This document shows positions 1-16,520 of a DNA stretch of 64,000 nucleotides, one piece after another; positions within the stretch are counted from its first letter, which is position 1, and each line of letters opens with the position of its first letter. The notes below the pieces were generated by a model. The model had not been told where the DNA came from. It searched no databases and worked only from the letters and a program-made list of their open reading frames with translations. The stretch comes from Takakia lepidozioides (lineage: Eukaryota; Plantae; Bryophyta): assembly GCA_030704615.1 (NCBI GenBank), contig CM060734.1, forward strand, positions 25,110,001 through 25,174,000. The letters are read 5' to 3'. A program made the translations under genes and the position numbers.

Positions 1-51
1 ATTCGGAACAAAGCAAAACGTGTGGCACAACAAAGGCGGCAAAGGGTGTAC

Positions 52-5228
<5,177 letters not shown>

Positions 5229-5929
5229 GTCTCCCCGATCCCCGTGTCTTCTTCCTTACTATCGCAGGCTCCTTTCCTGAATGGTTCCTCTGTCTGCAAG
5301 GGATGGTAGGCTATAGGCAAGTCCCGTCCAGGACAGGCGGGCCCTATGAAGGTGCACAGATGCGATGCAGCAGCACAGCAACAGCAACACGCGCACGCAC
5401 GCGAGGAAGAAACTTGGCTTGGACTTGCATGCTCAGTCTCCTACCTCCCTGCCTATCTATATACCTCTCTTCCTATCTTATCATCCTACCTACCTATATA
5501 CTGTTGGATTGAAACTCGGATGAATGAGTAGATGATATATGGCATCGCATTTCTCTCACATCCATCCCTAATTCTGTTTTCCGATTAGAAATACCGGGGG
5601 TGCTATGACAAACATTTGTAACTAACGACAGCCGTTTCTAGGTAGGCACTTGTTGCATCGAGAGCCAGGGAAAGATTGAGGTTTGCAAACACAGCGATGG
5701 CAGGGGCATTGCACCTTTTGTTGTCACGTGCACTTGAATTTGTAAGCACCCCTTCAGTGTCTCCTTTCTACTCCGGTAGACCTAAGGGCACGCATAGTGT
5801 GAAATTATCTGCAGCTTCTTCAGACAATTGGGGAGTTGTTACACGAAGTGGACGTTTTGTAGAGGAAGGATAAAAAAGGAAAAAAAAAGATGGTTGAGGA
5901 GGCGACACCTATGAGGAGGGACGCCTACT

Positions 5930-6577
5930 CCACCACCAGCAAGAATTTGGGACACATTGCTTTGGAGTGTGCATTGGCAAAAATTTATTGTAGTATATGC
6001 AACATGACTAATCATAATACCGAGGAGTGTCGTTTCAACCTTCGAAATCGGAGAAATGATCGAGCGGGGCAAGTCAATGCTGCACAAGTGGAGGAGGAAG
6101 CCACCAAGGACATCCGCCAAGAAGGATAGGGCTACGGACAAGCCTACGGGCAAGGATATGGGCAAGGCTACGGCCAAGGTTATGGCCAAAACGATGGGTA
6201 TTACCGAGGACGCAGACGAGGTAGGGGCAGAGGCTGAGGCCGAGGACGGGGTAACCCCGGCGGCCCCAATGGTCCCTATCGAGTGACTTGTTTTTTCTGT
6301 GGAGAGGAAGGGCACTTTGTACGAGACTGCCCGATCAGGCAGAAGCTCGTACATGACCATAACGCCCAAACGGACACAGGAGTCAACATGGCAGTTCCGA
6401 AAGAGTCGGAAGCGTGCACACTGACCCGCAGTCAGAAGTAGAAAGGGAAGGGCATAATTGAGAAAGAACCGCAAGAGCCGCGACCGTCCAAGATGAAGAG
6501 GGCTCACTGGGCGGAAGAAGAGGAGTTAAGAAAGGAGATGGTGGAGTTGGTCCAGTCCGAACAAGCTAGGCTGACCG
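5930..6577 (+). pseudogene. Fragment of Ty3/gypsy gag (two zinc knuckles plus G/Q/Y-rich linker), related to the 30049-43051 element
   Basis: CSICNMTNHNTEEC, CFFCGEEGHFVRDC (~6288-6330) and WAEEEELRKEMVEL parallel CTICKMDNHSTENC, CYYCNQAGH and WRDEKELHKEV in ORF 39230-40795. Contains an in-frame stop. Confidence 0.75.
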
Positions 6578-8115
6578 TAGCTCAGGATGCAAGTCATAAC
6601 AATGGGCCTCTTCATGCCCATACTTGCTACAATGCCCACACTGTAGTTGTGTAGGTTGTGCCTGTGCCGGCCCTTTGCCTCTCTCCGGGCAATCTCTCTT
6701 AACATGGGTCCCCCATAATCCCAATATGTCACACCCGACTGTTGTTGGCCTGATAATGAAGGAAGTGACCTCTGCAATTGAGATCCTCTCTGTCCTTTCC
6801 TGGGCTTCGCCTGAGCCCCCTTGTAGCCTTGAGCACGTTGGGGTAGTGGTTGTTGTTGGCTAGGAGCCCCACTTTGTTGTGTCTCCTTACCAAACCCCAT
6901 CATGACCACTCGCTCCTCCACCATATTGAGCTCTATCCGCTCTGCCAGCAAAAACACGTTTGTTAAGGTGGGTTGGGCCACTTGTAGGAGAGTTGCATCC
7001 CGCACCCTTCTCCTCAGCTCCTTATCCAATATCCCATACTAGAATTGGACTGCTTGAGCTTCCGCAACCTCTTGGGTTACATTTATCAATCGTCTCATGC
7101 GCGTGTAAGCTTCCCTCAAACTCTTAGTAGGCTTGCGTTGGAACTCTTACAAGCTCCGCAATTTCTCCGTACTTATCCCCTGGTAGTTTCTCCTCAACTC
7201 CTCAAAAAACTCCACAACTGGGTTAAAGGCAAGCACGGGTGCTGGTGCTGCAGCAGAAGCTTAAATGGATTTCCCAGCTCCATCTTTACTTGTCCCACTA
7301 CTATTGCTTGTAGTTGGGGATGTTGGTGTAGCTGCTGGTGTCACCGCCCTTGTGCCTCTAGTGATGGAGACATAGTCAGGCGACCAATATTGTCGCCACT
7401 CCTCAATCTCCACCTCATTTCCCCGCCTAAACTCATGGTAGTCATCCATAGGCGGCCCTTCAAGATGCTGAAACAGCCCCTTCCACACCATAAAAGGCGT
7501 AAACAGTTGTGGATTGCGCATCTGCTGCAAATCACACCAACTATCAAACTCCTGTATGAAATCATCAAGCTTGATGGTGCCCACAGCTCCAGAGTACCGA
7601 CGTGGCCCCTTAGTAGCTCCATATATTTCCTCCATCGTATCCCACAACAATGGCACGGAAATGGCTTGCACCCTCGGCGAGAATCCTTCTGACTCCGAGT
7701 CTGAACCTTCCTCAGAAGACATTGAAGGTGAAGGTGGCCTAAACCGCACACCTCGTCTTGTATACCCACTAGTATCGCTGGTGCTCGTACCGGCACTCTC
7801 CTCAGCAACTGGTGGCACCTCCGTGATGAAAACTCACACTCAAACCGACTATCAACTTGTCTCTAATCCCCTTTTCCACAAGGTAACCGGGTAGAGAACC
7901 TGTTGCGGCTTATGGTTTGGAATATTATGTTCCTAACCTGAACCTGCACCTACATCCACTGCATGCACTCCTATGGTCTGCTGGTCATCAACCCAACCTC
8001 ACCATAAAAGAAACAATGATGGTCTGCTGGTCATCAACCCAACCTCACCATAAGAGAAACAATGATGGTCTGTTGGTCATCACCCCAGCCTCACCACCGA
8101 CAGCACGCTCTAGGG
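6578..8115 (-). mobile_element. Truncated, diverged relative (leader plus gag) of the methyltransferase-bearing element
   Basis: GVRFRPPSP, RRYSGAVGTI.LDD, QQMRNPQLFTPFM.WKGLFQHLEGPPMDDYHEFRRG and LAERIELNMVEERVV match 18290-19490; the leader matches 17983-18110. Confidence 0.9.
7973..8100. repeat. 46-bp tandem repeat (about 3 units) in the leader of the truncated copy
   Basis: Units start at 7973, 8019 and 8065 (atggtctgctggtcatcaacccaacctcacc...). The homolog at 18000-18080 has 2 units. Confidence 0.85.
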
Positions 8116-8409
8116 TTGGCCGGCCACAATATTTTCGGCACAACCACCTATAAAAATAAACGCCCAAACCAAACTAGCATGGCGCACAGTCAAGCATGCA
8201 TGTGTGGGAGGAGGATCCAAACACAGGAAACTCAAACAACAACACACCTTAAATCAATCGATCTCTTTGCGGCTCCAATAAACCTGCAAGATGGCCAAGT
8301 CTCTATCCAAACTAGCTCTGCCTCCACTTACGGAAAAGCCTTGGCCTACAAGAATGATGGAAGACTATAGAGAAGGCAAGCTAAAGCAATATCTAACCCC
8401 AGAATGCTC

Positions 8410-10383
8410 TCATCCCATTACTCCATCTATCTTCACACTCACTCTTGCTCGAGCAATAGATAAGACTATCTCAACCCATTGACCTCGATGAGGACAAGTA
8501 CACACCCCAAAACTCCCTACAATGTTCCTAGGCCATGGTGTATTGGTCGCTTCTAGCCTCTTGCCCAATGCAGTGATCCACTCTCCTTTGGCAGTATGGC
8601 AATAATCCTTCCGGGCATCCACAACAATGTGTCCCATCCAGGAATCACTCCGTCCTCTGAATCGAGATATACCCGGTTAGGATTGCCCACCAACTCTGAA
8701 AAATCCCAATTTACAGGAAAATGCCATCGCTCAAAAAAATTCAGCCCCACCTGAGAAATATCTGCTAGGGTAGGTCGATTGATGTACAGGTCAACCATCC
8801 AGCTCGTTGTCAGAACCTCCTTCCATGATTTTGCCTTCAACCACCGCGCCAATCGATTCTTGATGGCCGTTAACGTCCAGACATAGGCAGCTCCGTGCAT
8901 ATCCTGTCCATCTGTCGCACGATACCTGCGATAGGCCATATCGATCATGGACTGAAATTTCTCCTCATCCAACACAAAAGCCATAAGTGGCTGCACCATC
9001 TCCAAATAGTTACTCAAATACTTCTCTTCAGGCAAAGTGAGTGTGCTGAGGAACGCACAAGATGGTTGACGATTCCATGTCCGATTGTCAATCTGGTATC
9101 CCCGATAAGTGTCCAATTGTTTCTCCAACTGTTGGTAGTACAGGAAACAACGGCTGGCAGGATCACCCACCGCAAAAAGAAATTTTTCCGGATTGGCTAC
9201 CTCCAAATCCCCTCTTATAGCCATTTTCATTGCCAAGTTCTCCAAATGGTGCAAACATAGGAATTCCCACTTCTCCTCAAAATCTATGGGCTCTTCTGCC
9301 CCATTGAGAACTGCTTTCAAAATATCACCATCGTACAAGTACCCCTGACTAAGGCTATCGGCATGACAGACATCCACCCAATACACAAGGATATGACTCC
9401 TTAGCAAAAATAGAGCCTGCACCGAAACGTCCCTCAAATGATCTAACTCCTCCAATTGGGCATTTGCTGCATGAACTGCAAGGTCTCAAATTCTCCTTCT
9501 GCCATGGTCTTGTACTTATCAAATTCAGCCTCCAGCTTCACATATTGCGCCTCAGGGTCCACCATTGTAGGAGGTCGCTTCTCCAATTCAGCCTTTTGCT
9601 TCAGAGCCTCTGCCAATTGCTTTTCCAAATCCGCAATTCGAGCGTCTTTGTGTTGTGATCGCTCTGTCTGCATCGTAATAAGTGCATCTTTCTCTGTAAC
9701 AACTTTCAAATGTTGGGCCTCTCGTGCCTTCCACTGTTATTTCAATTTCTGTACCTCCCTAGAATGTGCCTCTGTCTTTTTCTTCAACTCATCCCAGCCT
9801 ATTTGCAATTGCTGACTGTGCGATAGAGCTACGGTATGGCTGGCTCGCAAATCGACCAACTCCTTGTGCACATCTTCATTATCGATGGCCTCTGCTGCTA
9901 TCACTTGCAAACCAGCAACTAAACCAAGAAGTCTGGCTGAAAAATAAGGGTTAGTCTAGCTTGCTACATCATTGCCCTTCAATGGAACTATCACATTACC
10001 CGCATTGGTTGTCGCTATCGTTGTCGCTGCAACCTTCTCTCTAGCAACGCTACTTTCTGCTTTGTCTTTTGGTGCCGCATTGAGTTCCTCAGTAGGAGGT
10101 GGTACTACCAATTGATGGTTAAGAATCATAGACAGGTAGGTCGCAGACATCAAACTATTCGTCTTTCTAGCTCTCCTCTTGGCCAGCATCTCCTCATGGA
10201 TCTTCCCGCACAAGAACACTGCCCAATTGATTCGCAATCCCTGAAACGTTGCCACCATGGAATGGAATTCAAGTGAGTCTTAGCCACGTACGTGGCCACC
10301 TTCTTCAAAACCAATCGACCGACTACAAATTTCATCCATTCCATTAGATCGGGCCTCTTTTCCTTCTGAATCTTCCAACCACC

Positions 10384-10419
<36 letters not shown>

Positions 10420-10883
10420 CCGGCCGAAGCCGGCGTAACTAAGAGCCACTTTGCCTCGCGGCTACTGCCCCCTTTCGGAGGTGGGCCCTATCCACCACTC
10501 AAAGTGTATGCAATAGCGCCCCTCGTGAAGTAATCATCTGGAGTAAAACTCGCATCTTTGAAGCCATCGACTTCCTACTCTGCTCCAGGCAATCGTAGAA
10601 CCTCTGTAATTGTCAACGCATCGACCACAATCTCCACTCCATTAACTATTCCGCTCCTCCTGAGATGATCATAAGAGCTATAGTACTGCATGACCACTGC
10701 CATGAGCGGTTTTGGCAAATCGTTAGACAAAATGAGGAAGTCAAATATCCCTGCATCCCTCCATTTCTTCTTGTGTTCTCCATCGCCCAAGAGTAAGGGA
10801 ATGTCACAAAGCTTCATCTTTGCCCCTATCATAGAAACTGCTAGAAACAATTTGCTATTCTTCGATCGCCCCATCGTGCTCAC
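8410..10883 (-). pseudogene. Disrupted env-position accessory ORF of the 8410-13610 remnant (N-terminal domain, coiled coil, C-terminal domain)
   Basis: Chain of same-strand ORFs 10575-10883, 10150-10449, 9956-10258, 9443-9709, 8553-9455. Motifs NGVEIVVDALTITEVLRLP and INWAVFLCGKIHEEM resemble those in 31027-34836. Confidence 0.65.
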
Positions 10884-13610
10884 ACGTATTGATACAACAA
10901 TCGCTCTTCCTCACAACCCTCACAACGCTTGTAAAACGCAAAGTTCTCACCTCATTTTGCTTACACTCTCAAGACACATGAGCAGAGAATGAAAATCGAA
11001 AAACGATGACAACTCAATGACAATAGCGGCCCCACTCCTATCCATTGAACAGGATGGCGTAAACCTAACAGCTGTCAATATCTGATACGATCACAGTTCC
11101 TAATTAATGCTACTAACTGTCTCTCATAACTGTCCTTTTCCGCCGGCTGAAACAAACGGCTCAACCTAACTTTCCATGATGACACTGTACTATTACCACT
11201 TCAAGAATGACCCCCCCCCCTCCCCCTCCCCGCCCGAAATAACCTAGATTCTGCCCACAGAATCGCTAGGTATAAATTAATTTGAGGCGATCGCCATTAA
11301 TATAAGTCGTCAATGGATCTCCATTAATTGTAGCTAATTGTATTGAGTACAACAGGCTTTATCCCATTTCAATTAGTTTATGGACAAGAGGCGATTTTGC
11401 CTATTGAATTAGAAATCCTTTCTTTGCATATAGCTATCGAGGACCGCCTCCAGGCGATACTGCTTCTCTATCGGCTCGTCTATTGCAATTGGTCAAGTTG
11501 GATGAACTTCGTCGACAAGCGTTACAGACAATTGAAGCTACCTAGTTTAGGCGAAAGGACTATTATGATAGTCGTCTTAAGTCCAAAACATTTAAGGCCC
11601 AATAGTTGGTGTTGCTCCATGACAGTCGATTCCAAAAATATCCAGGAAAATTGAAAATGTGATGGCTTGGTCCCTATCGCGTAGTGGAGGTTTTCCCCAA
11701 TGGCAGGCCCACAATGCTGAAAGTAATTTTGTATCTCAATCAGTACCAGAACCTGAAATGGTCTTCGTCAAAATTCCACATAAAAGCCCATTAGTCTTAT
11801 GAGTCTGCCTATTAGCACGGGGATGATAGGGTGTAGTCTTACGGTGTTTAATCACATACTTAGTAGTTAATTGCTCAATGGTAGAGTTCAAGAAATGGGT
11901 ACCACGATCGCTCACAAGTTCTTGAGGACACCCAAAGCGGGAAATAATGTTCTCATATAAAAATTGGGCCACTACGTTGATCAGTACGAGTGGCCATCGC
12001 CTTAGCCCACTTAGTGACATACTCTGTTGCAACATGAATGTAACGTTTTTGACCATTGCGAGAAGCAGGAGCAATAGGGCCCACAAAATCAATCCCCCAC
12101 TTCTCAAAAGGAGCCTGCGCCAATATAGGGACCAATGGCATCGAACTGGATCGAACCGGGTTGCCCAATCGCTGACATGCATCGCAACGACGAACGTAGG
12201 CAAATGAATCCTTAAACAAGGTTGGCCACCAATAGCCCGATAGTAAAACCTTCCGTCCCGTTGCATCGCCTACAAAATGGCCACCGCATGCATCGGCATG
12301 ACATCCCTCGAGTATCATGGGAATCTCGGCTTCAAGAATGCATCGTCGCAATACTCCATCTTTCCCAAGTTTATATAATGTTTCACCAATAATCGTGTAA
12401 GGAGCAGTCTTCTCCACCAATTGACACTTTTGTTTATCAATATATCCCTCAGGAAATTGCTGCAATGAAGGATAATTAAAAACAAGGGCATATTCACCCG
12501 TCATCACATCAATCACAAAGAGAGCGGCATCAGGAAAAGAATCGTCAATCGGCTTTATCCCCATCTCTTTCGATAATCGGCTTTAATGATCAGCATTAGC
12601 ATGCTTGCGCCCAGGGCGTACCATGATTTTAAAAGTAAATTCCTGCAATAGAATAACCCATCGAGCCACCCTTCCGCTCGATTGAGGTTCATTAATGAGA
12701 TACTTTAATGCGTCATGATCAACATGAAAAACAAAGGGATAGCCCAATAAATAATGGCGATACTTTTGAACAAAATAAATCATGCCCAATCCTTATTGTT
12801 CAGTGGTAGTATAATTAATTTCTGCAGCAGCCAATTGTCGACTAGCAAAATAAATTGGATGATCAAAGGACTTTTCATCCTTTTGGCTTAAAACACTACC
12901 AATTGCATAAATTGAAGCATCTACATAAACTTGAAATTCTTTCCTCCAATCGGGTGAAATCAAGATGGGTGCCTTTATCAATCATCCCTTCAGCTCGTTA
13001 AAGAAGTATTGACATTCTCTCGTCCACTACGGTTCAACATCGTGTTTTAACAATTGCGTCAAGGGCAAAGCAATCTCAGCATATCGGTGAATAAAACGAC
13101 GATGGTATCCCACATGACCCAAAAAAACCCGTATCTCTGTCACAGTAGTGGGAGTATGTAATTGAACAATGATTTCCACCTTGGTAGGATCAGTCGATAT
13201 TCCTCGGATTGACAGGATATGGCCCAACAGCTTGCCCTTAGTGACCAAGAATTGACATTTCCCCGCATTTGAGGAGATTCCATAAGCCTAGCATTTTTGG
13301 AAACACAACTCCAACATCTCAGCATGAGTGGCTTTATCACTGTAAACACATAAATTGTCCAGAAAATCTCTATGAACAATCGCAAATAATCTTGAAATGT
13401 TGCAGTCATCACCCATTGAAAAGTAGCAGGGTCGTTACATAACCCAAATGGCATGATCTTATAGGCATACATGCCCCAATCGGAGGTTAAAGTAGTCTTA
13501 GCACGATCCTCCTCTGCAATTGTTGTTTGATTGTAACCTGAAAATCCACCGAGGAATGAATAGCACTCATGGCCAGCAACTGCATCCAGGATAGTATCGG
13601 TAAAATTTGG
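8410..13610 (-). mobile_element. Degenerate non-chromovirus Ty3/gypsy remnant: RT-RNaseH-integrase followed by a same-strand accessory ORF
   Basis: RT (AGHECYSFL.GFSGYNQ, MPFGLCN), RNaseH (VYVDAS, YTTTE, HVDHDAL) and integrase (HADACGGH, C.AC, WGIDFVGP, SDRGTHF, YHPRAN). Many stops and frameshifts; no LTR pair found. Confidence 0.9.
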
Positions 13611-13944
13611 TCGTCTGGACAATTTCTCCTGTTGTTTACGATACATCTTCAGTGCTAGGACCTACTTTTCAAAGATCTGCGCCGTTGTTTCCGTTGCTGG
13701 GGCGTTTGTGGAGGGCATGGCTGTGACTTCCTGCTTTTGTTTTGTCCGAGCTTCAAGGGCTTGGTTCTTGTTCTGGGCATAATCTTCCTCTGCCCTTGTT
13801 AGCACCCTTTCTCCCTTGCTGTTTGGGTGAATGCAGGAATGATTGGACCAAAATGCACGTTACCGGCACAATTTTAGATTACTGCAATTGATGGTGTCAT
13901 CAAATTTTTTTTAATTAACCAGCAAATATTACACTAGGACGTAT

Positions 13945-14280
13945 CAGAGGGTACATTGAACACACTGGCCAAGTTTGAAAGCGAACGAAAATCATTTGGA
14001 TGGGCAACCATCCGTTGGCCCATTGAACGAATTTCGATTGATCTCATATTACTCTGGGGCCTCTTACATGGCACATTGAACATAGTGGCCAAGTCTCAAA
14101 GCGAACCAAAATCATTTTGATGGCCAACCATCCGTTGAGCCATCGAATGAATTTTCGATTGATCTGATATTAGTCCGGGACCTGTGAGAGGGTGTCTGGA
14201 ACGTGCTGGCAAAGTTTGGAAGCTAACAAAAATGATTTGGATGGGCAACCATCCGTTCACCCGTTGAATGTATTCTGTTG
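13945..14280. repeat. ~120-bp tandem repeats (3 units), probably subterminal region of a non-autonomous DNA transposon; target of the 14285 insertion
   Basis: Units begin near 13967, 14087 and 14207 (ggccaagtttgaaagcgaac...gatgggcaaccatccgtt). A related motif resumes after the insertion at ~26310 (gccaaatttgggagcgatcaaaattcatttgga). Confidence 0.7.
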
Positions 14281-14284
14281 GGGC

Positions 14285-14583
14285 TGTCAAGTTAAATAAG
14301 CACAGTGTGAAAACAGCTAGAATAAAACTAGTTATTTGTATTTAACACTTGGATTTAGGTCAAGTGTTAAATCAGGTGTCAAGTTTAGTTTGACACCTGG
14401 TCCGTCTTATCTTCACGAGAGCGGCAGTCGCGCAGCTCATCTCTCTCGAGTTGAGCCTGCGCGACCGAGCTCCTTCATCGCTTCAGATCTGAGTGTGCTT
14501 ATGATGAGAGTGTAGGTTGTTGTGGGGTGGAGTCCCCATAGCTTGGGGTGCCCCTGGCTCGACTATTATCTTAAAGAGTGATG
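14285..14583 (+). repeat. Terminal repeat A1 (299 bp)
   Basis: Near-identical to 25825-26122 (one 1-bp indel and two substitutions seen). Confidence 0.95.
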
Positions 14584-15331
14584 TTGTTGGATTCATGTTG
14601 TTTTCTTGTGTAAACAGTGTGTTTTTCTAGTTTTCTTATCACTCGAGAGAGATGATGCTACCTAGTTTTTAGTGCTAAGCTAGATACAATGTTTTTCTTA
14701 GCACTATTATAATATACATCTTGGGGCACATCTGGCCCTGCTGTTGCCATGGGCTGTGCGCGCAAATCTAGTTGTCGTCTCTGCTCGTGAGTTTTTAAAA
14801 AAAAAAACAAGAGGTGTGGAGGTTGGAGACTTTGATAGTTGGCCACAAGGTCTTGGTGATGGAGTCTTGCAGTGACCACTGAACTATCTGCCTGCGCGAT
14901 GGCGTGATGGGCCCATGGGAGGTGGCCAACATTAGCCATTTCTCTCATATCTGGGATAATGAGACACTGCTTTCTTCATCTGAAGCTACTCCTGCTCTCT
15001 CCCGGCGAAGGGCCCGCGCTGGCTGGGATTTGGTGACCAGCGATATTCCGCCAGCATGAGTGGGACTGGCTTCCATTCCATGCAATATTAGGTCTCTCCC
15101 GGCTTAAGTTAGTTCCATTTGCAGGGCAGCAAGTCTGCATTGTTTGCTGTCTCTCGCAATGGCCATTGCTGCAGGGTTGGAAGTTCAATGCACCAGTTAC
15201 CTTCGCCAATGTGAACGCATTTGACTTCCGGTCACAATGAAGGAGACGAACTTCTGAGGAATGCTGATGTCGCTGAGATTCTGCACCGGACCACTTTCCC
15301 TCGTTCAGTCAAGCTTTCGGGAACAGAGATC

Positions 15332-15523
15332 CCTGAGACATATCTGCACCGAATCGGTCGAAGCGGGCGGTTTGGTCGCAAAGGTGCTGCTTTCAATTTG
15401 TTGCTCACAGATCAAGATGAGCGAAACGTCACGAAGATTCAACGTCATTTTAACAAAGTGATTCCTGAGGTGGCATGGAATGATGATGTTGCAATAGAGG
15501 AAGTCTTGAGGGATGCAGGCCTT
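15332..15523 (+). pseudogene. Captured fragment: C-terminus of a DEAD-box RNA helicase (DBP5/DDX19, plant LOS4/RH38-like)
   Basis: [24 protein letters not shown] (motif VI HRIGRxGR) followed by KIQRHF...EEVLRDAGL. Motifs I-V absent. Confidence 0.85.
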
Positions 15524-16427
15524 GCAAGAGCCTCCCTACACAGGTCTGGTAAAACAAGGCTTTCATGTGGCAGATCTTGGAGAGGGTGAAGAGCAGACAC
15601 ACATGTGTTTGCTTCCATTCTTCTTGCAGACAAAGGTTCTCGAGTGGGCAAAAGAGGCTGCCAAAAAGTGGAAAGCAGCATTTCAGTAAGCGTTTTAATG
15701 TATCGGTGCACTCAACACAGTCATACTGGGTGACTGTCGCATTTCATACCACTCCATAAAGTCTTGATAGCTGGGAGTTTTCTATCCAAGACCACTTGAC
15801 GGCCCGTAAGGAGTGAGAGCAAATGGGCATGGAGTATTGAGCTGGAGCAGATCTCTTTGGATGAGTGTGCATCACAACGGTTCTTTTGCACACTCATGTT
15901 GCAGGTTAGATCCTAGAGCCTGGATTGTTGCCAAGAAGGTGGTCACAGGCTAAAAGGTGTAGAGAATACAGAGCCTTAGGACTGCCTGTGTGATGCACAG
16001 TTTATGTATGTTTATACTGTTTGAGAGCAGGGTCACAGCCATGGAGGTGAACTGGCAAGTACATGTGATAGAAAAGCTAAGTACATGAGAAGATTGAGAT
16101 AGGCCAACAGGCTTTCAAGGAAGACAGAATAAGCTCGGGATTGGTGGCACTTCCCTATATTGGTGGCAACATGAAATTGCGAGCACTGCGGGTGGCATTA
16201 GAAGGAATGCTGCACTGAGAGGGAGGTGAGCAGGCACATGAAAAGAGCGGGAGGCAAAGAAGATGGGGCCCATTGCAGAGCAAGGGAGCTCCCTGCTATG
16301 AGTCAGTTCTTGCCTCGTCCTGCTGCCGCTCACTGTTGCAAGCTCCATCTTCAGCCGCAGCGTGCAGGCCCAGTTCGAGGAAGAGGAGCAATAGCGCAAG
16401 AGCAGATCCGCCATCGCCAGAGCTCAG

Positions 16428-16520
16428 ATGCCCCCGCCATCGGAGAAGATTCACAGGCTAGTTGATGAAATCTCCAGCCTCACTCTACTTGAAGTTTCGG
16501 ATCTCACAACGCTGTTGAAC
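16428..16520 (+). pseudogene. Captured fragment: N-terminal dimerisation helix of an organellar ribosomal protein L7/L12
   Basis: Manual translation MPPPSEKIHRLVDEISSLTLLEVSDLTTLL matches the bL12 pattern KI..LVD.I..LTLLE..DL. Confidence 0.75.

Noticed and set aside
5839-6507. 222-aa hydrophobic minus-strand ORF
   Set aside because: Antisense shadow of the plus-strand gag fragment.
11211-11236. G-rich tract on the minus strand as the PPT of the 8410-13610 remnant
   Set aside because: Followed by a spacer and the accessory ORF rather than a recognisable LTR; no partner LTR found.
15221-15589. Functional DEAD-box helicase gene
   Set aside because: Only motif VI and the C-terminus are present, inside a transposon.
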